From Candidatus Poriferihabitaceae bacterium (GTDB lineage: Bacteria; Pseudomonadota; Gammaproteobacteria; Arenicellales; Poriferihabitantaceae), in NCBI GenBank assembly GCA_965249035.1, contig CBDFKV010000005.1, forward strand, positions 50,463 through 114,462: 64,000 nucleotides of DNA. The letters run 5' to 3'. How positions within the stretch are numbered: the stretch's first letter is position 1; each line of letters begins with the position of its first letter. Positions 17,664-28,162 of this stretch are shown here, piece after piece. Both the position numbers and the translations under genes were made by a program. The notes beneath the pieces are model-generated. The model made no database searches and was not told the DNA's origin. It saw nothing but the letters and a program-made list of their open reading frames with translations.

Positions 17664-18070
17664 TGAAACCAGTCAGATTTACAGCCAAATTCACAGCCTT
17701 GATCGCAGGCGCATTGCTATTGACTGCTTGCCAGACACCGACGCCGCAGAAGGAAATCTTTAGACCAGACATTCCATCCATGTCGGAACTCGTCAACGGG
17801 ATGACTCACAGCGATACCGATGTGAGCATAACCCGCAGCCATTTTGGTCGCAGTTCGGGTGGCAACGTCCACCAATGGTCGCGTAGTCAAGCGACGGAAA
17901 TCAGCAACCTGTTTCCGACTATCGATAACCCTCGGATTAATATCTATGTGTACCCACACATTACCGAGCGTGGTGATCCCGTGCCAGGCTATAGCACTGC
18001 GTTCTATCTGTTTACCGAGTCCGGTCAGTTTGCATTGCCTGGTGAGTTTTATCAGGAGCCAGGACAGTGA
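17660..18070 (+). CDS. ICE lipoprotein, TIGR03751-like (TraV-like)
   Basis: Lipobox LLTA-C; NP.I.IYVYPH, PVPGYSTAF, ALPGE. Confidence 0.9.
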   Translation: MMKPVRFTAKFTALIAGALLLTACQTPTPQKEIFRPDIPSMSELVNGMTHSDTDVSITRSHFGRSSGGNVHQWSRSQATEISNLFPTIDNPRINIYVYPHITERGDPVPGYSTAFYLFTESGQFALPGEFYQEPGQ

Positions 18071-20847
18071 GTACAGACTCCGATCAAAGGTCTGATCACG
18101 TGTCTTTTGGCGCACGACTGCTCGGCAGTATCGGTCTGATGAGTGATGGTGAGCCAGTATTGAAAAAATCCGATGTCAGAAAATCCTATCAACGGCCACC
18201 AGCGTTCACCAACTTTTTGCCCTGGGTTAGTTACGACCACGAGTACAAAGTGTTTGGTTTTGATGATGCGGTTAGCTGCGGTGCCTTGTTGGAGCTAACG
18301 CCGCTAGATGCTGAAGCACGACCGTTCGATCAGCTGGAAGAAATGCTGGATAAGCTGGTGGCGGCGTTCACACCCGTACCTGAACGCGATGAAAATCCCT
18401 GGGTTATTCAGTTGTTCGTCGGTGATGAACCGCTGCTTGGATACGGTCAACACATACGTGAATACGCAGCTTCTGTTTCTGATCAAACATCTGATCTTGC
18501 CGATAACTACTTTCAGAAGATGGATGAGCATTTGCAACAAATTGGACAAGCAGGCGGCATCTTTCTCGATAAAAAGAGTGGGGTGCGCTGGAGTGGCAAG
18601 TACCGCAGAGTGCGAATGTGCGTGTACCGAAACTTCGGTAAAGCATCCGACTGGCCGGATCGTGCTCACCGCTATCCACCGGATGAACTTAACCAGCTGA
18701 TTGATTCCTTGTGCGTAGGCCTGAATGAAGCTGGCGTTGAATCAAAACGCCTCGGCCCTGCTGGACTCTATAACTGGATGGTCGCCTGGTTTAATCCAAA
18801 GCCACGGGGCTACAACAACCCTTGGGAGCTCTTAACTGAATATCCGGTCAGTGATGAAGAATTCAGATCAGGATACGATATCGCCCAGGGTGTGATCAAA
18901 AGCGCACCGAGCACTAAAAAAGGCGATGACGATAATGGCTGTTGGTATTTCGATGATATGCCGCACCGCTTCTTGCCGATCATGTCGTTTCGCAAGGAAC
19001 CACGACATGGTTCCTTGATGCTGGAAAAACAGGCCACGAAATCAAACACGGCTGGATTGTTCGACAAGTTTCCCGAAGGCACCATATTCACCACTACGAT
19101 TGTTTTTACTCCGCAGGATGTGGTTAAGGATCGCTTGCAGTTTATCTGGGGGCGATCAAGTTCTGATGATGCTGAATCAGTATTAACCAAAGAGGATGTA
19201 GAGGATTGCCAGGCAGCGATGGCGCGAGGGCATCCTATGTACCCAACAGTCATGGGTTTTTATATTCGTGGCGAGGATGACCGCGAGATTGAAGATAACA
19301 CCAACTCGGTATTCTCAAGCTGTGTGGGAGAAGGTATCGATGTTCTGTTACCCAAGTCTGGTGTATTCCCGCTTGATGAATATATCCGTTATCTGCCGAT
19401 GGCGTACAAGCCGGAATATGACAAATATCTGATGCGGGAAAAACTGCAATGGCTGATGAATGTCATGGCGCTATCCCCGCTGTGGGGAAAATCATCTGGT
19501 ACAGGACACCCTGGGTTTTTGTTCTATGACCGCTCAGGAAACCCCGTAAGTCTCGACATACTCAACGAAGCTGACCGAAAAATGGTTGCGCACATGCTGA
19601 TCTTTGGCCCGTCCGGTGCAGGCAAGTCAGCAATGCTTAATTATCTCGCCTTACAAACAATGGCGATCTACAAACCACATCTGTACATCATCGATGTCGG
19701 CGATTCGTTTCGCTTGTTGGGTGAACACTTCAAACGTCAGGGGCTTATCGTCGAGTATGTACGCCTCGACAAAGCCAATGTACCCCTGCCACCGTTTGTC
19801 GAGTCAGAGCGAATGTTGGCCGAGCAAATACTGGAAGAAAATGATCCTGATTACGTTTATGTAGATCCCGACGATCAGCGTGACTTTCTGGGCGAAATGG
19901 AAGTTGCCGCACATTTGATCATTACTGGTGGAGAAGATCGTGAAGAAGAAGACTATCGACGCCAGGACAAAACCATCGTTCGTGCTGCCATAGTTGATGC
20001 TGCATTTTATGCCAAAGAGCAAGGCAGAAAACATGCAACCATCGATGACTTTGCCAAAATGCTGGATGCCTATCTTGGTGGCAAGACACATTATGGCGCA
20101 CCCGATGGCAAAGTCATTGAGTCGGAAAAGCGAGAGCGGATCGCTGAAATCAGGGATTGCGCACGGTACTTTCTTGATGGTTTTCGGGGGAAGATATTTA
20201 ATACCGAAGGCGAAGCCCTGGGTGATGCTGATGTCACTATCGTTGATTTTGGCAAAATCGCCATGTCAAAAGACTATAACGACATCATGGTGCTGGCGTT
20301 TATCGGGATGATGAATACCATCCAGTCGGATGCTGAAAAACGCCGGGATTCAGGCCGTGAATCTGTAGCCATCATCGATGAAGGCCACGTAACCACTACC
20401 CACCCCATGCTGGCGGACTATCTGACCAAAGGCTCCAAAATGTGGCGAAAATGGGGTTTGTGGATGTGGCTGGCCACCCAGAATCTGGATGACTTCCCTG
20501 AAACATCAGCCAAGATTTTGAACATGGCTGAATTCTGGCTGTGTCTCAGTATGCCCAAGGCTGAAATCAAGGAAATTGCCCGATTCAGAGAGTTGACCGA
20601 AGAAGATGAATCATTGCTACTGCAAGCCCGAAAGGAACCTGGGAAATATGTTGAAGGAGTGATGCTGTCAACGGGTGATCCTGCACTAATTCGGAATGTA
20701 CCGCCAGCCATTGCACTCGCTCTTGCAATGACCAATGCAAAAGAAGTCGCCGAAAGACAGCAAATCATGCAAAAGCTCGGCCTTGATGAAGAAATCGACG
20801 CAGTTTACGAAGTCGAAAAGCGAATCATCGCAGGCAGGGTCAAGTGA
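18067..20847 (+). CDS. traC: VirB4/TraC-like conjugative ATPase, TIGR03744-like
   Basis: Walker A GPSGAGKS, Walker B IIDEGH, KMWRKWGLWMWLATQN. Confidence 0.95.
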   Translation: MSTDSDQRSDHVSFGARLLGSIGLMSDGEPVLKKSDVRKSYQRPPAFTNFLPWVSYDHEYKVFGFDDAVSCGALLELTPLDAEARPFDQLEEMLDKLVAAFTPVPERDENPWVIQLFVGDEPLLGYGQHIREYAASVSDQTSDLADNYFQKMDEHLQQIGQAGGIFLDKKSGVRWSGKYRRVRMCVYRNFGKASDWPDRAHRYPPDELNQLIDSLCVGLNEAGVESKRLGPAGLYNWMVAWFNPKPRGYNNPWELLTEYPVSDEEFRSGYDIAQGVIKSAPSTKKGDDDNGCWYFDDMPHRFLPIMSFRKEPRHGSLMLEKQATKSNTAGLFDKFPEGTIFTTTIVFTPQDVVKDRLQFIWGRSSSDDAESVLTKEDVEDCQAAMARGHPMYPTVMGFYIRGEDDREIEDNTNSVFSSCVGEGIDVLLPKSGVFPLDEYIRYLPMAYKPEYDKYLMREKLQWLMNVMALSPLWGKSSGTGHPGFLFYDRSGNPVSLDILNEADRKMVAHMLIFGPSGAGKSAMLNYLALQTMAIYKPHLYIIDVGDSFRLLGEHFKRQGLIVEYVRLDKANVPLPPFVESERMLAEQILEENDPDYVYVDPDDQRDFLGEMEVAAHLIITGGEDREEEDYRRQDKTIVRAAIVDAAFYAKEQGRKHATIDDFAKMLDAYLGGKTHYGAPDGKVIESEKRERIAEIRDCARYFLDGFRGKIFNTEGEALGDADVTIVDFGKIAMSKDYNDIMVLAFIGMMNTIQSDAEKRRDSGRESVAIIDEGHVTTTHPMLADYLTKGSKMWRKWGLWMWLATQNLDDFPETSAKILNMAEFWLCLSMPKAEIKEIARFRELTEEDESLLLQARKEPGKYVEGVMLSTGDPALIRNVPPAIALALAMTNAKEVAERQQIMQKLGLDEEIDAVYEVEKRIIAGRVK

Positions 20848-21275
20848 TGAGTCGCTTAACTGCACGGGTATTGATTTTGATTAGCTGCATTGCCAGCGTG
20901 ACAGCCAGCATATCAGCGGTTGAGGCAGTGACGATAGAGATGTATCACCACAACACCACACTGATCAAACCCGATCAGATCGATGGTAACAGCGTGACCT
21001 ATCACGATGTAAGCGCTGTGTGGGCCTTGGAACGTAATTTGGGCAGCGAGCTACCCGATGACGTAGAAAGTGCGAAATACGTGGCGCGAAACAGGATTAC
21101 GGACGATATCAGACGCCAGATCGTCGAAGCCTGGGCGGTACTGATAAAAATGCGCTTGCAGAAGGTCAAATACGTGCCTGCCATTGTCTTTGACGAGTCC
21201 TACGTTTATTACGGTCACGATCTTCGTCGGGCGATCAATCTGTATCAGGGCCACCTGGAGGATATTGCCCCATGA
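20844..21275 (+). CDS. ICE protein, TIGR03757-like (DUF1525)
   Basis: Signal peptide; VKYVPAIVFDESYVYYG..D. Confidence 0.82.
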   Translation: MMSRLTARVLILISCIASVTASISAVEAVTIEMYHHNTTLIKPDQIDGNSVTYHDVSAVWALERNLGSELPDDVESAKYVARNRITDDIRRQIVEAWAVLIKMRLQKVKYVPAIVFDESYVYYGHDLRRAINLYQGHLEDIAP

Positions 21276-22009
21276 GCAAGACCACCAGTGCCAGTCAACC
21301 ACTACCGACGCTGCTTGATCGCGCGCTTGAACAAGCACCGCATTGGGCAGAGGAGAAGATTTTGACTTGGGATGAGAACGACTTTGATCAGAATGTCGCA
21401 CCATTCGTGATCAGCGAATACTGGAACGATAGTGATTCCGTCAATGTTTTTCGGATTGTCGGAACCAAACACTGGAATTATCAGGGCAAGACCTGGATCA
21501 ACATGCTGCAAACCGGCAAACGGATGGCAATTAACTTGCCGCTGCATCAGTCCAACCCAGGCTACTACCTGGATCAGAAACACAAAAAACCAACCATGTC
21601 TTACGTGACACTGGATGGAATTACTTACTACGTTGCGGACGATGGCAATCATCGTTCGACCATCGCCCGATTTGATTTCCATTATGCCGCCCGAACCATG
21701 CTGCACGGGGTTCGCACGACACATTATTCAATCTGTCATCCATCCAAAGCGCTGTATGACGTGATTACTGAATGGTTAAACCAGGAACCCCAACGCAAGG
21801 CACGATACCGCATCGAGCCGCGCCGAATTGGCCGAAATCGTGAAGATGAATCCGGCTGGAAACAGGATCACTACCAGATTGTTTTTGATGTGGATGATCA
21901 CCTCAAGCAGCAATATCTCACCAATATGTCATTGGATAAAGTATCTGCTTTGTGGGAAGCGTGGAAACAGCCAACCAAGCGCGGACTGTTTAGTGGATGG
22001 AGAAAATGA
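21272..22009 (+). CDS. Hypothetical protein with ParB/Srx-like DGNHR motif
   Basis: YYVADDGNHRS; ATGA overlap with the upstream gene. Confidence 0.65.
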   Translation: MSKTTSASQPLPTLLDRALEQAPHWAEEKILTWDENDFDQNVAPFVISEYWNDSDSVNVFRIVGTKHWNYQGKTWINMLQTGKRMAINLPLHQSNPGYYLDQKHKKPTMSYVTLDGITYYVADDGNHRSTIARFDFHYAARTMLHGVRTTHYSICHPSKALYDVITEWLNQEPQRKARYRIEPRRIGRNREDESGWKQDHYQIVFDVDDHLKQQYLTNMSLDKVSALWEAWKQPTKRGLFSGWRK

Positions 22010-22677
22010 TGAACGGTAAGCAATACAACCATCAAGCACCCGATTCAGTCAAGCTGGTCGAAAAAGCAATTGCCAATAATCCAGAGTGCAAGCTCGGCAT
22101 TCTTCATCAGTTTGGTTATGCATACACCAATCATGGCGAGTGCTCTGATTGTGATCAGCCCGAACTTATCGTGCTGATGACACCACAGCATGGTGACTCA
22201 CAGAATACTTGGTATGGCCATGTACTGTGCAGGGAGATGGAAGAGGGTGAGTTGGCCTGGATAGCTGTATTGGTGCGCAGTACAGCACAATATATCGATG
22301 ATTATACTGTTCAGGGAGTCTTCAGATGTTTTAAGAGCTTTATTGAAGAAGGTGGACAGTGGGAGCCACCATTCGCCCAACTCGACGATGATATCAAAAG
22401 CATGCACGACACTTTTGATGAGGCTGTTATCGCTCTGGCTGACAAGATCAATCGCTTCGAGCTTGCGCTTAGACAACACGTAGAGGAAAAGTGTGTCCGA
22501 GTAGTGGAGTCCAATGGTCGCGTAGTTTACTTCCCCAGCCCAGAGGAGCCAGAAAACAGCTTTTCAGATTTTTGCTACTGCGAGATTTACAGGATTGGTG
22601 GACGAACTGACTACAGCAAAGAACCACCAGTTGATGGTCGAATCGGAGCTAAAACGGAGCTTCCAAATGATGAGTAG
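21997..22677 (+). CDS. Hypothetical protein
   Basis: 226-aa ORF coupled to the upstream gene; no motif recognised. Confidence 0.6.
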   Translation: MEKMMNGKQYNHQAPDSVKLVEKAIANNPECKLGILHQFGYAYTNHGECSDCDQPELIVLMTPQHGDSQNTWYGHVLCREMEEGELAWIAVLVRSTAQYIDDYTVQGVFRCFKSFIEEGGQWEPPFAQLDDDIKSMHDTFDEAVIALADKINRFELALRQHVEEKCVRVVESNGRVVYFPSPEEPENSFSDFCYCEIYRIGGRTDYSKEPPVDGRIGAKTELPNDE

Positions 22678-22681
22678 CTCC

Positions 22682-23431
22682 CTACCGGTGTTGTTCGCAA
22701 CACTCCTGAATTCTTTCGATCAATCCTCTAGACATCCAGTTGGTTATCGACCTTCTAGCTTCAATTCTCTCGTCAGGAATAAATACAGGGCTGTGAATCA
22801 TCTCTTGACCCACAGTACCATCAGATTTAACGAACTTAATCTTCAGCTTGCATTGTCGCGGACGCTCCCAAGCCGCATCTACCGTTTCTCCACGGGGTTT
22901 GTGCAAGGTTGCGCGCATTGTATAGCTGACTTGGCCCCCGTCTTTTTTGGTGCGCTCAATGGGGATATCAGCAAGCGTGGCCAGCAGGTAGGGTACAGCC
23001 CACAACTCAATCCCCGCATAGTTCCAAATGTTACGCCCATTTGCGCGCTCACAAAGAGTGAGAAAACCATCGGCATTGAGATGCGTCAAAATCTTGTGAC
23101 AAACATTAAATGCTTCTTGCAGATTTTCTTCCTTACAGAACTCACTATAGATTATTCGGCCTCGCGCTACATCATGTCCGCGTGGCTTCAGCATATTGCT
23201 GATTCGGTCGGGTATCTTGGCAAAACATTCCGTTTCTTGATGATGCCTAAAGTGAGTTGCTACGTTTACAGAGGACTTTGCATCAATTTTCAGTCTATGA
23301 GGAGAATCAAGCGGGCTTTCGGGGCAAATAGCATAGTACCCATGACCGTCATGATCGTTGCCATACTTTTCAATAAATTCCTCAGCGTTCAACATCGCGT
23401 CCGAAAGTGGATCCTCTACTTTTTCTACCAT
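22682..23431 (-). CDS. Hypothetical protein inserted opposite to the transfer operon
   Basis: GGAG RBS upstream of the minus-strand ATG; globular composition. Confidence 0.7.
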   Translation of the reverse strand: MVEKVEDPLSDAMLNAEEFIEKYGNDHDGHGYYAICPESPLDSPHRLKIDAKSSVNVATHFRHHQETECFAKIPDRISNMLKPRGHDVARGRIIYSEFCKEENLQEAFNVCHKILTHLNADGFLTLCERANGRNIWNYAGIELWAVPYLLATLADIPIERTKKDGGQVSYTMRATLHKPRGETVDAAWERPRQCKLKIKFVKSDGTVGQEMIHSPVFIPDERIEARRSITNWMSRGLIERIQECCEQHR

Positions 23432-23531
23432 CGCTCATTCTCCATTAATTGCCTTTACAAAGAGATTACCTTAATCAACAGATATTGGCAAAAATCAGCA
23501 GGTAAGGAACCGTCTTACTGGGTGATTGATC

Positions 23532-24911
23532 ATGTCTGATATCAAACATAAGCTATTAGTCTGTACGCTCGGCCTGTTTGCTGTGTTCGGTATGAACAAT
23601 AGTAGTCGTGCCGAATACACGACCGCAGATATCATTGCGGCGACATTTTCACCGTCCTGCCTTGATTATTGTTTTACCGGCGTTTGTATCAAACTCGTAT
23701 GTAATCCGATTCCGGTACCGCCGTTTGTCGAATGCCACATTGAAACCACGCCATACGTCGAGCATAACCTACCCGATCTGATCGTTTCTTCTTATAACAA
23801 TCCAGGCGAGATATCCTGGGTTGAAGCGCGAAACCTGATCGGCACACCCATGCTTGGGATTATCACCGGCTTGCTATCGGGCCTGACCGGCTATGACCTG
23901 ATTGATGGTGGCTACAAAGATGCTGCTGGCAAGACCGCGACTGCGGACGATGACGAAACGCAGATGACCAATAACATGAAATTCAAGGAAGTTTCTGTGA
24001 TTGGTAATCCAGTGATTGATGCCGTAGAAGCGGCATTACCGGATGAATACTTTTGTGAGTCAGAAGTAGAACCTTTTTATCCCTATTTCCAGTCGGAAGC
24101 GGATGGTATTACCTGGCGCCTGGGTGTACCCGAACTACTCTATCCTGAAAGCTGGCTCCCAGGTGCGAGAGAGATCGGCACTTTGAGTCCACCGCAGTCC
24201 TGGGGTAGTGTCCATCCACGCACGGGATGGGTATTGCAGGAATACGATAGCTTCGCTGCTGCGGTAACTGCCCAACGTGCTATCGATGTGACCACTCGAA
24301 GCGGTCAGCCGCATATCTATACCAAAGCGCCTGGCGTTGAGGAGTCGGATGAAAACACCGACAAGTGGGGCATGATCGCGCCCAAGCTCGAACCCAACTA
24401 CTGCACCGCTTTCGGTAAAGACCTGTACTACTACATCGACCGCGAAGGCCCAAAATCTGATGAAGGTTATGGCTGGATTTATTGGGCGCATCACGAATGC
24501 TGTGTTGGTGATGGCTTTACCCTCGAAACCATCCATACAACGCCGATCTGCTTTGATTTCCCCGCAAACGAACCGGAGGAACAGCCTGAAGAACCGAATG
24601 AGATCGAACCCGATCCCGCCGCACCGATTGCTACGGTTGGACTTGTCGGTGCTGGCTTTGTATGGAAGCCAGTATCCGAAGGAGATGGCAACCTGGCCAT
24701 CCTTCTGCCTCGTGAATCCGCCAACGTCACCGTTGCCCTGTACACAATGGACGGCACTCTGATTGAGCAGTGCCGGTACGTGGGCAGAACCAACGGACAC
24801 CGCCCGACTTACCGGTGTAGCCGACCAGGTGGAGCTTATCCATCACCACTGGTTCTAAAAATTGGTAACGAACAAATGATAGTCCAAAACCCTGGGGATC
24901 GAATTGATTAA
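23532..24911 (+). CDS. traU: TraU-family ICE protein (TIGR03756-like) with C-terminal extension
   Basis: CLDYCFTGVCIKL.C, H.LPDLIVSSY, PYFQSEAD...WR, WGSVHPRTGW, AQRA.D. Confidence 0.88.
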   Translation: MSDIKHKLLVCTLGLFAVFGMNNSSRAEYTTADIIAATFSPSCLDYCFTGVCIKLVCNPIPVPPFVECHIETTPYVEHNLPDLIVSSYNNPGEISWVEARNLIGTPMLGIITGLLSGLTGYDLIDGGYKDAAGKTATADDDETQMTNNMKFKEVSVIGNPVIDAVEAALPDEYFCESEVEPFYPYFQSEADGITWRLGVPELLYPESWLPGAREIGTLSPPQSWGSVHPRTGWVLQEYDSFAAAVTAQRAIDVTTRSGQPHIYTKAPGVEESDENTDKWGMIAPKLEPNYCTAFGKDLYYYIDREGPKSDEGYGWIYWAHHECCVGDGFTLETIHTTPICFDFPANEPEEQPEEPNEIEPDPAAPIATVGLVGAGFVWKPVSEGDGNLAILLPRESANVTVALYTMDGTLIEQCRYVGRTNGHRPTYRCSRPGGAYPSPLVLKIGNEQMIVQNPGDRID

Positions 24912-24924
24912 CTGGAATACTGAT

Positions 24925-26268
24925 ATGAAAAAATACCTTATCCATGCAATGACCACTGCATTGATGTCGATTCTATTAATCACATCCACTGTAAGTGCTC
25001 AGTCAAACCAGTTGACCGACCTGGTTTATTACGAGATCGGTGGTGGTAAAGCCTTTTCAGGGCCACCGTCATACATCGAAACACTGAATATCAATGCAGC
25101 TGCTGACCTCAAGCTCGGCTATTCCTGCGGTGCCTTCGATCTTGAGGAAAGCATCACATCGATGTTCGACAATCTGAAAGACAGTGCGGATAAGGCGATC
25201 AACGTACTTGCGTATGCCGTTGAAGCGGGTATCTCATCGATACCGCTGTATTTGTTACGTCGCGCTGATCCGAACCTGGCCTCAATGCTCGAAAATATGC
25301 TGCTGCGCTATGAAGAAGTATTCAATATCGGGGTTAAGAACTGCAAAATCGCAGAGCGCGAAATCCTTGCTGGAAAGAACCCCTACTACGATTGGGTGTC
25401 CTGGGGGGTAGCCAACAAGTGGAAGGAAAAAGCCGAAGAAAAAGCGGGTGGTGCAGAAGTACCTATTCAGGATGCTCAGGAAGCAGTCGATACTGAGACA
25501 GGTTGTGTTGTTTGGATTGAAGGTGAAAAACGCATGTGTGACGATGCAGCCATCAAAAGCATTACCGTGGTTGAGGATATCGTCACGCATGGATACGAGC
25601 AAATCGTTGATCTTGGTGGTGGTGGTACTGAACTCGGAACCGATGACCATCGGCTTGGAACAATCTGGCCCACGGCTGAAGCTGCTGTAGAAGCAATACA
25701 GCTGTTAGTTGGTGAGTATGAGTTTACCGACATGCGTACTACCGAACCGGCCTCACTCGCTCCGGTTGGTGCTTTGCCAGGCATGTTTTTGGATGCAAAG
25801 GTTATCAAGGAAAATATCGTTGCAGCCACGACCAAAGGTGCGGTTGTAAGCGATGCTGAAATCGATGGAATGTCGGTGCCAGGCTTGGCGGTTAATCAAA
25901 CCCTGATCGATGCACTCAAGAACCTGCCGCCCGGCATTCGAGATGCGGCTACGAACCGTATTGCCACCGAGCTTGCGTTGATCAATGCGACCGAGCAAGT
26001 CAATCTGGCGAGGCGATTGATCATTGTCGGTTCGTCTGATCCAAACGTGGCAGCGTCGCCAGCAAGGAATGTCATCAATGATGAAATCCTGCCTCGGCTG
26101 GAAGCCGAATCCAGGCTGCTGAAAGATGAATTTGACTTGCGTGATCGAATAGCAAAGTCAACAGCATTCACTTTGATCACCAACGATATCCAACGTGCTC
26201 ACAGACGAACACAGTCAAGCGGTGGAAGATCTGTGACGCCGATTCAAGGTGGTGCGGTTAATCCATAG
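24925..26268 (+). CDS. ICE protein, TIGR03755-like
   Basis: YYEIGGG, CGAFD, RADPNL...L; follows traU. Confidence 0.88.
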   Translation: MKKYLIHAMTTALMSILLITSTVSAQSNQLTDLVYYEIGGGKAFSGPPSYIETLNINAAADLKLGYSCGAFDLEESITSMFDNLKDSADKAINVLAYAVEAGISSIPLYLLRRADPNLASMLENMLLRYEEVFNIGVKNCKIAEREILAGKNPYYDWVSWGVANKWKEKAEEKAGGAEVPIQDAQEAVDTETGCVVWIEGEKRMCDDAAIKSITVVEDIVTHGYEQIVDLGGGGTELGTDDHRLGTIWPTAEAAVEAIQLLVGEYEFTDMRTTEPASLAPVGALPGMFLDAKVIKENIVAATTKGAVVSDAEIDGMSVPGLAVNQTLIDALKNLPPGIRDAATNRIATELALINATEQVNLARRLIIVGSSDPNVAASPARNVINDEILPRLEAESRLLKDEFDLRDRIAKSTAFTLITNDIQRAHRRTQSSGGRSVTPIQGGAVNP

Positions 26269-26582
26269 TGATGAAGGCAAAAACCACCAAAATGCTGCTA
26301 ATCCTCCTGGGGGTTGGTGTGGCCCTACCCACAGTAACCATGCTTGTATTGCCGCTGCTGTCATCGGTAGACAAGGGCGAGTTGATCAATACCCGACAAT
26401 CAATGCGCGAAATGTCTGGAACGCTGATCTGGGTGCGTATGGCTGTTTATGCGGCAATGATTTTTATCATGCCGGTTGCAATGGGTTTACCGCCAGGTGG
26501 CCGCAGGATGGCTCGATGGTATGCGGTGCTGTTGGTCGCTGTGGTTGAAGTGATCCTGGTGCAACGACTTTGGCTGTTCTAA
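26268..26582 (+). CDS. Small ICE membrane protein
   Basis: Three hydrophobic segments; usual position before traG_N. Confidence 0.75.
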   Translation: MMKAKTTKMLLILLGVGVALPTVTMLVLPLLSSVDKGELINTRQSMREMSGTLIWVRMAVYAAMIFIMPVAMGLPPGGRRMARWYAVLLVAVVEVILVQRLWLF

Positions 26583-26594
26583 CGAGACTCTGAT

Positions 26595-28157
26595 ATGTAT
26601 GTATTCTCCTATCTCGAACTACACACCACTCTGATCGGCTGGATGCTGTACGACCTGCTGTGGTTGGCATTTGCTGAGTCCGGTTTGGTTGCATTGCCGT
26701 TCTTGTGGATACTCTTGCAACACTGGCGCGATGCCAGTGCCAAACAGGATTCGGTTACTCGTAACTCGCATACGGATGGCAAGGTGCTGTTTATCAAGCT
26801 GGCACTGGCGTTTCTAGTGCTGCTATTCGTTGCCTTGCCGCTAACGACTATCCAGCCCACAACGCTTAAATTTTCTCCGCAACCGTCATTCTCAAACAGA
26901 ACGCCAGCCGACGTGACTGCTGCCAGCGATACCAGTACCTATCAGCAAAATCTAGGCACGGTTGCAGCGTCTTCCGCAGCTGAAATACCGTTGTGGTGGC
27001 GCTTGGTTATCGGAGTTTCATCCGGCATTACCAATGCGGTGATTGAGAATCTGCCAGTACCAGGCGATTTGCGTGAAGCCAAGGTACTGCTGTCCTCGAA
27101 TAATATCGAGCAACCTGATCTAGCCCATGAGTACCGATCCTTTATTCAGAACTGCTATGTACCCGCCAAAAACCGATTTGAAGATTGGGCGGTGGATGGG
27201 CGGATTGATTCAAGCAGCGCTGATGCTGATGATATTGATTGGGCGGGTTCGTCCTTCCTGTTAACCATGCCTGGCGGCTATGCGGCTTGTCCTGGCGGCA
27301 GTGTCGATAGCTGCGGTAGCACCATCCATCCACCGCCAGGGGTGCGTGGCCTCGGTGCGGATGCGACCTGCGCGGATTGGTGGCGCTTGCTGGAAAATGA
27401 TATTTATGTCGCTGACAGCGCTAATGACGGTCTTTGGCAGAACATGACCGATACCGTCAACCTGCTGAGTTCATTTAGCCCTGAAAAGGTGCGCACAGGC
27501 CGAGTCAAGAACTTGCTGAACAATCTGGTTGCGGGTGAAGTGTTGGTAGAACGCAAGTATGGGCAGGCCGGTGTTCTTGATGGCATGTGGGGAATGGTAG
27601 AGGATGTTGCCGGTGCTGTAGCGGTTGGTAGTGAAGCGATATCCCGCGCTGGATTTCTGAACATTATGCGGCAGGCGGTGCCGATTATGATGGCGATCAT
27701 CCTGCTGGTGGTCTACTTCATGTTACCGGCTGCACTGGTGTTCACGCTGTTTAGCCTGGAGGCGGTGGTTGCGTTTTCGTTCGTGATCTTCAGCCTGATC
27801 TTTACCCATGCCCTACTTGCCGTTGCCAGCTGGCTCGACTACTACCTGATTGTCTCTTTGTTTGATGACTTCACCTTGATGAGCTGGTTATCGTCTGATG
27901 GCCACACACTTGGTACCGCCCAGAAACGATGGTTGATTAATATCATCGTTGGAATGCTGTACGTGGGGATGCCAATGATTTGGATTTATATGATGGGGAT
28001 AGCCGGGTTGGGCGCTGCAAGGGCTACTGGTTATATGGTTGGCAGTGTTACCGGGGATACATCGGGCGCAGGCGGTGCAGGCAAAAATACTTTGAATGCC
28101 GCAAAGAAAGGTGGTGGCGCCGCCATAGATCGAGCTAAACAGGCGTACAGTCGATGA
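26595..28157 (+). CDS. traG: TraG N-terminal-domain (mating-pair stabilisation) protein
   Basis: SYLELHTTLIGW, GLVALPF, IPLWW, F...CY.PA, DIDWAGS, CADWW, multiple C-terminal TMs. Confidence 0.92.
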   Translation: MYVFSYLELHTTLIGWMLYDLLWLAFAESGLVALPFLWILLQHWRDASAKQDSVTRNSHTDGKVLFIKLALAFLVLLFVALPLTTIQPTTLKFSPQPSFSNRTPADVTAASDTSTYQQNLGTVAASSAAEIPLWWRLVIGVSSGITNAVIENLPVPGDLREAKVLLSSNNIEQPDLAHEYRSFIQNCYVPAKNRFEDWAVDGRIDSSSADADDIDWAGSSFLLTMPGGYAACPGGSVDSCGSTIHPPPGVRGLGADATCADWWRLLENDIYVADSANDGLWQNMTDTVNLLSSFSPEKVRTGRVKNLLNNLVAGEVLVERKYGQAGVLDGMWGMVEDVAGAVAVGSEAISRAGFLNIMRQAVPIMMAIILLVVYFMLPAALVFTLFSLEAVVAFSFVIFSLIFTHALLAVASWLDYYLIVSLFDDFTLMSWLSSDGHTLGTAQKRWLINIIVGMLYVGMPMIWIYMMGIAGLGAARATGYMVGSVTGDTSGAGGAGKNTLNAAKKGGGAAIDRAKQAYSR

Positions 28158-28162
28158 GCAGG

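Larger units (their letters stand above)
1..28157 (+). mobile_element. Backbone of a GI-type (PFGI-1/ICEclc-like) integrative conjugative element; continues left of the window, cargo follows to the right
   Basis: Co-oriented order topB, DUF3577, pilL, lytic transglycosylase, traD, small membrane proteins, VirB10-like, VirB4-like, traU, traG_N matches the known order of GI-type T4SS ICEs. Confidence 0.93.

Noticed and set aside
22595-23539. 314-aa plus-strand ORF
   Set aside because: Antisense shadow of 22682..23431, which has an RBS and more protein-like composition.
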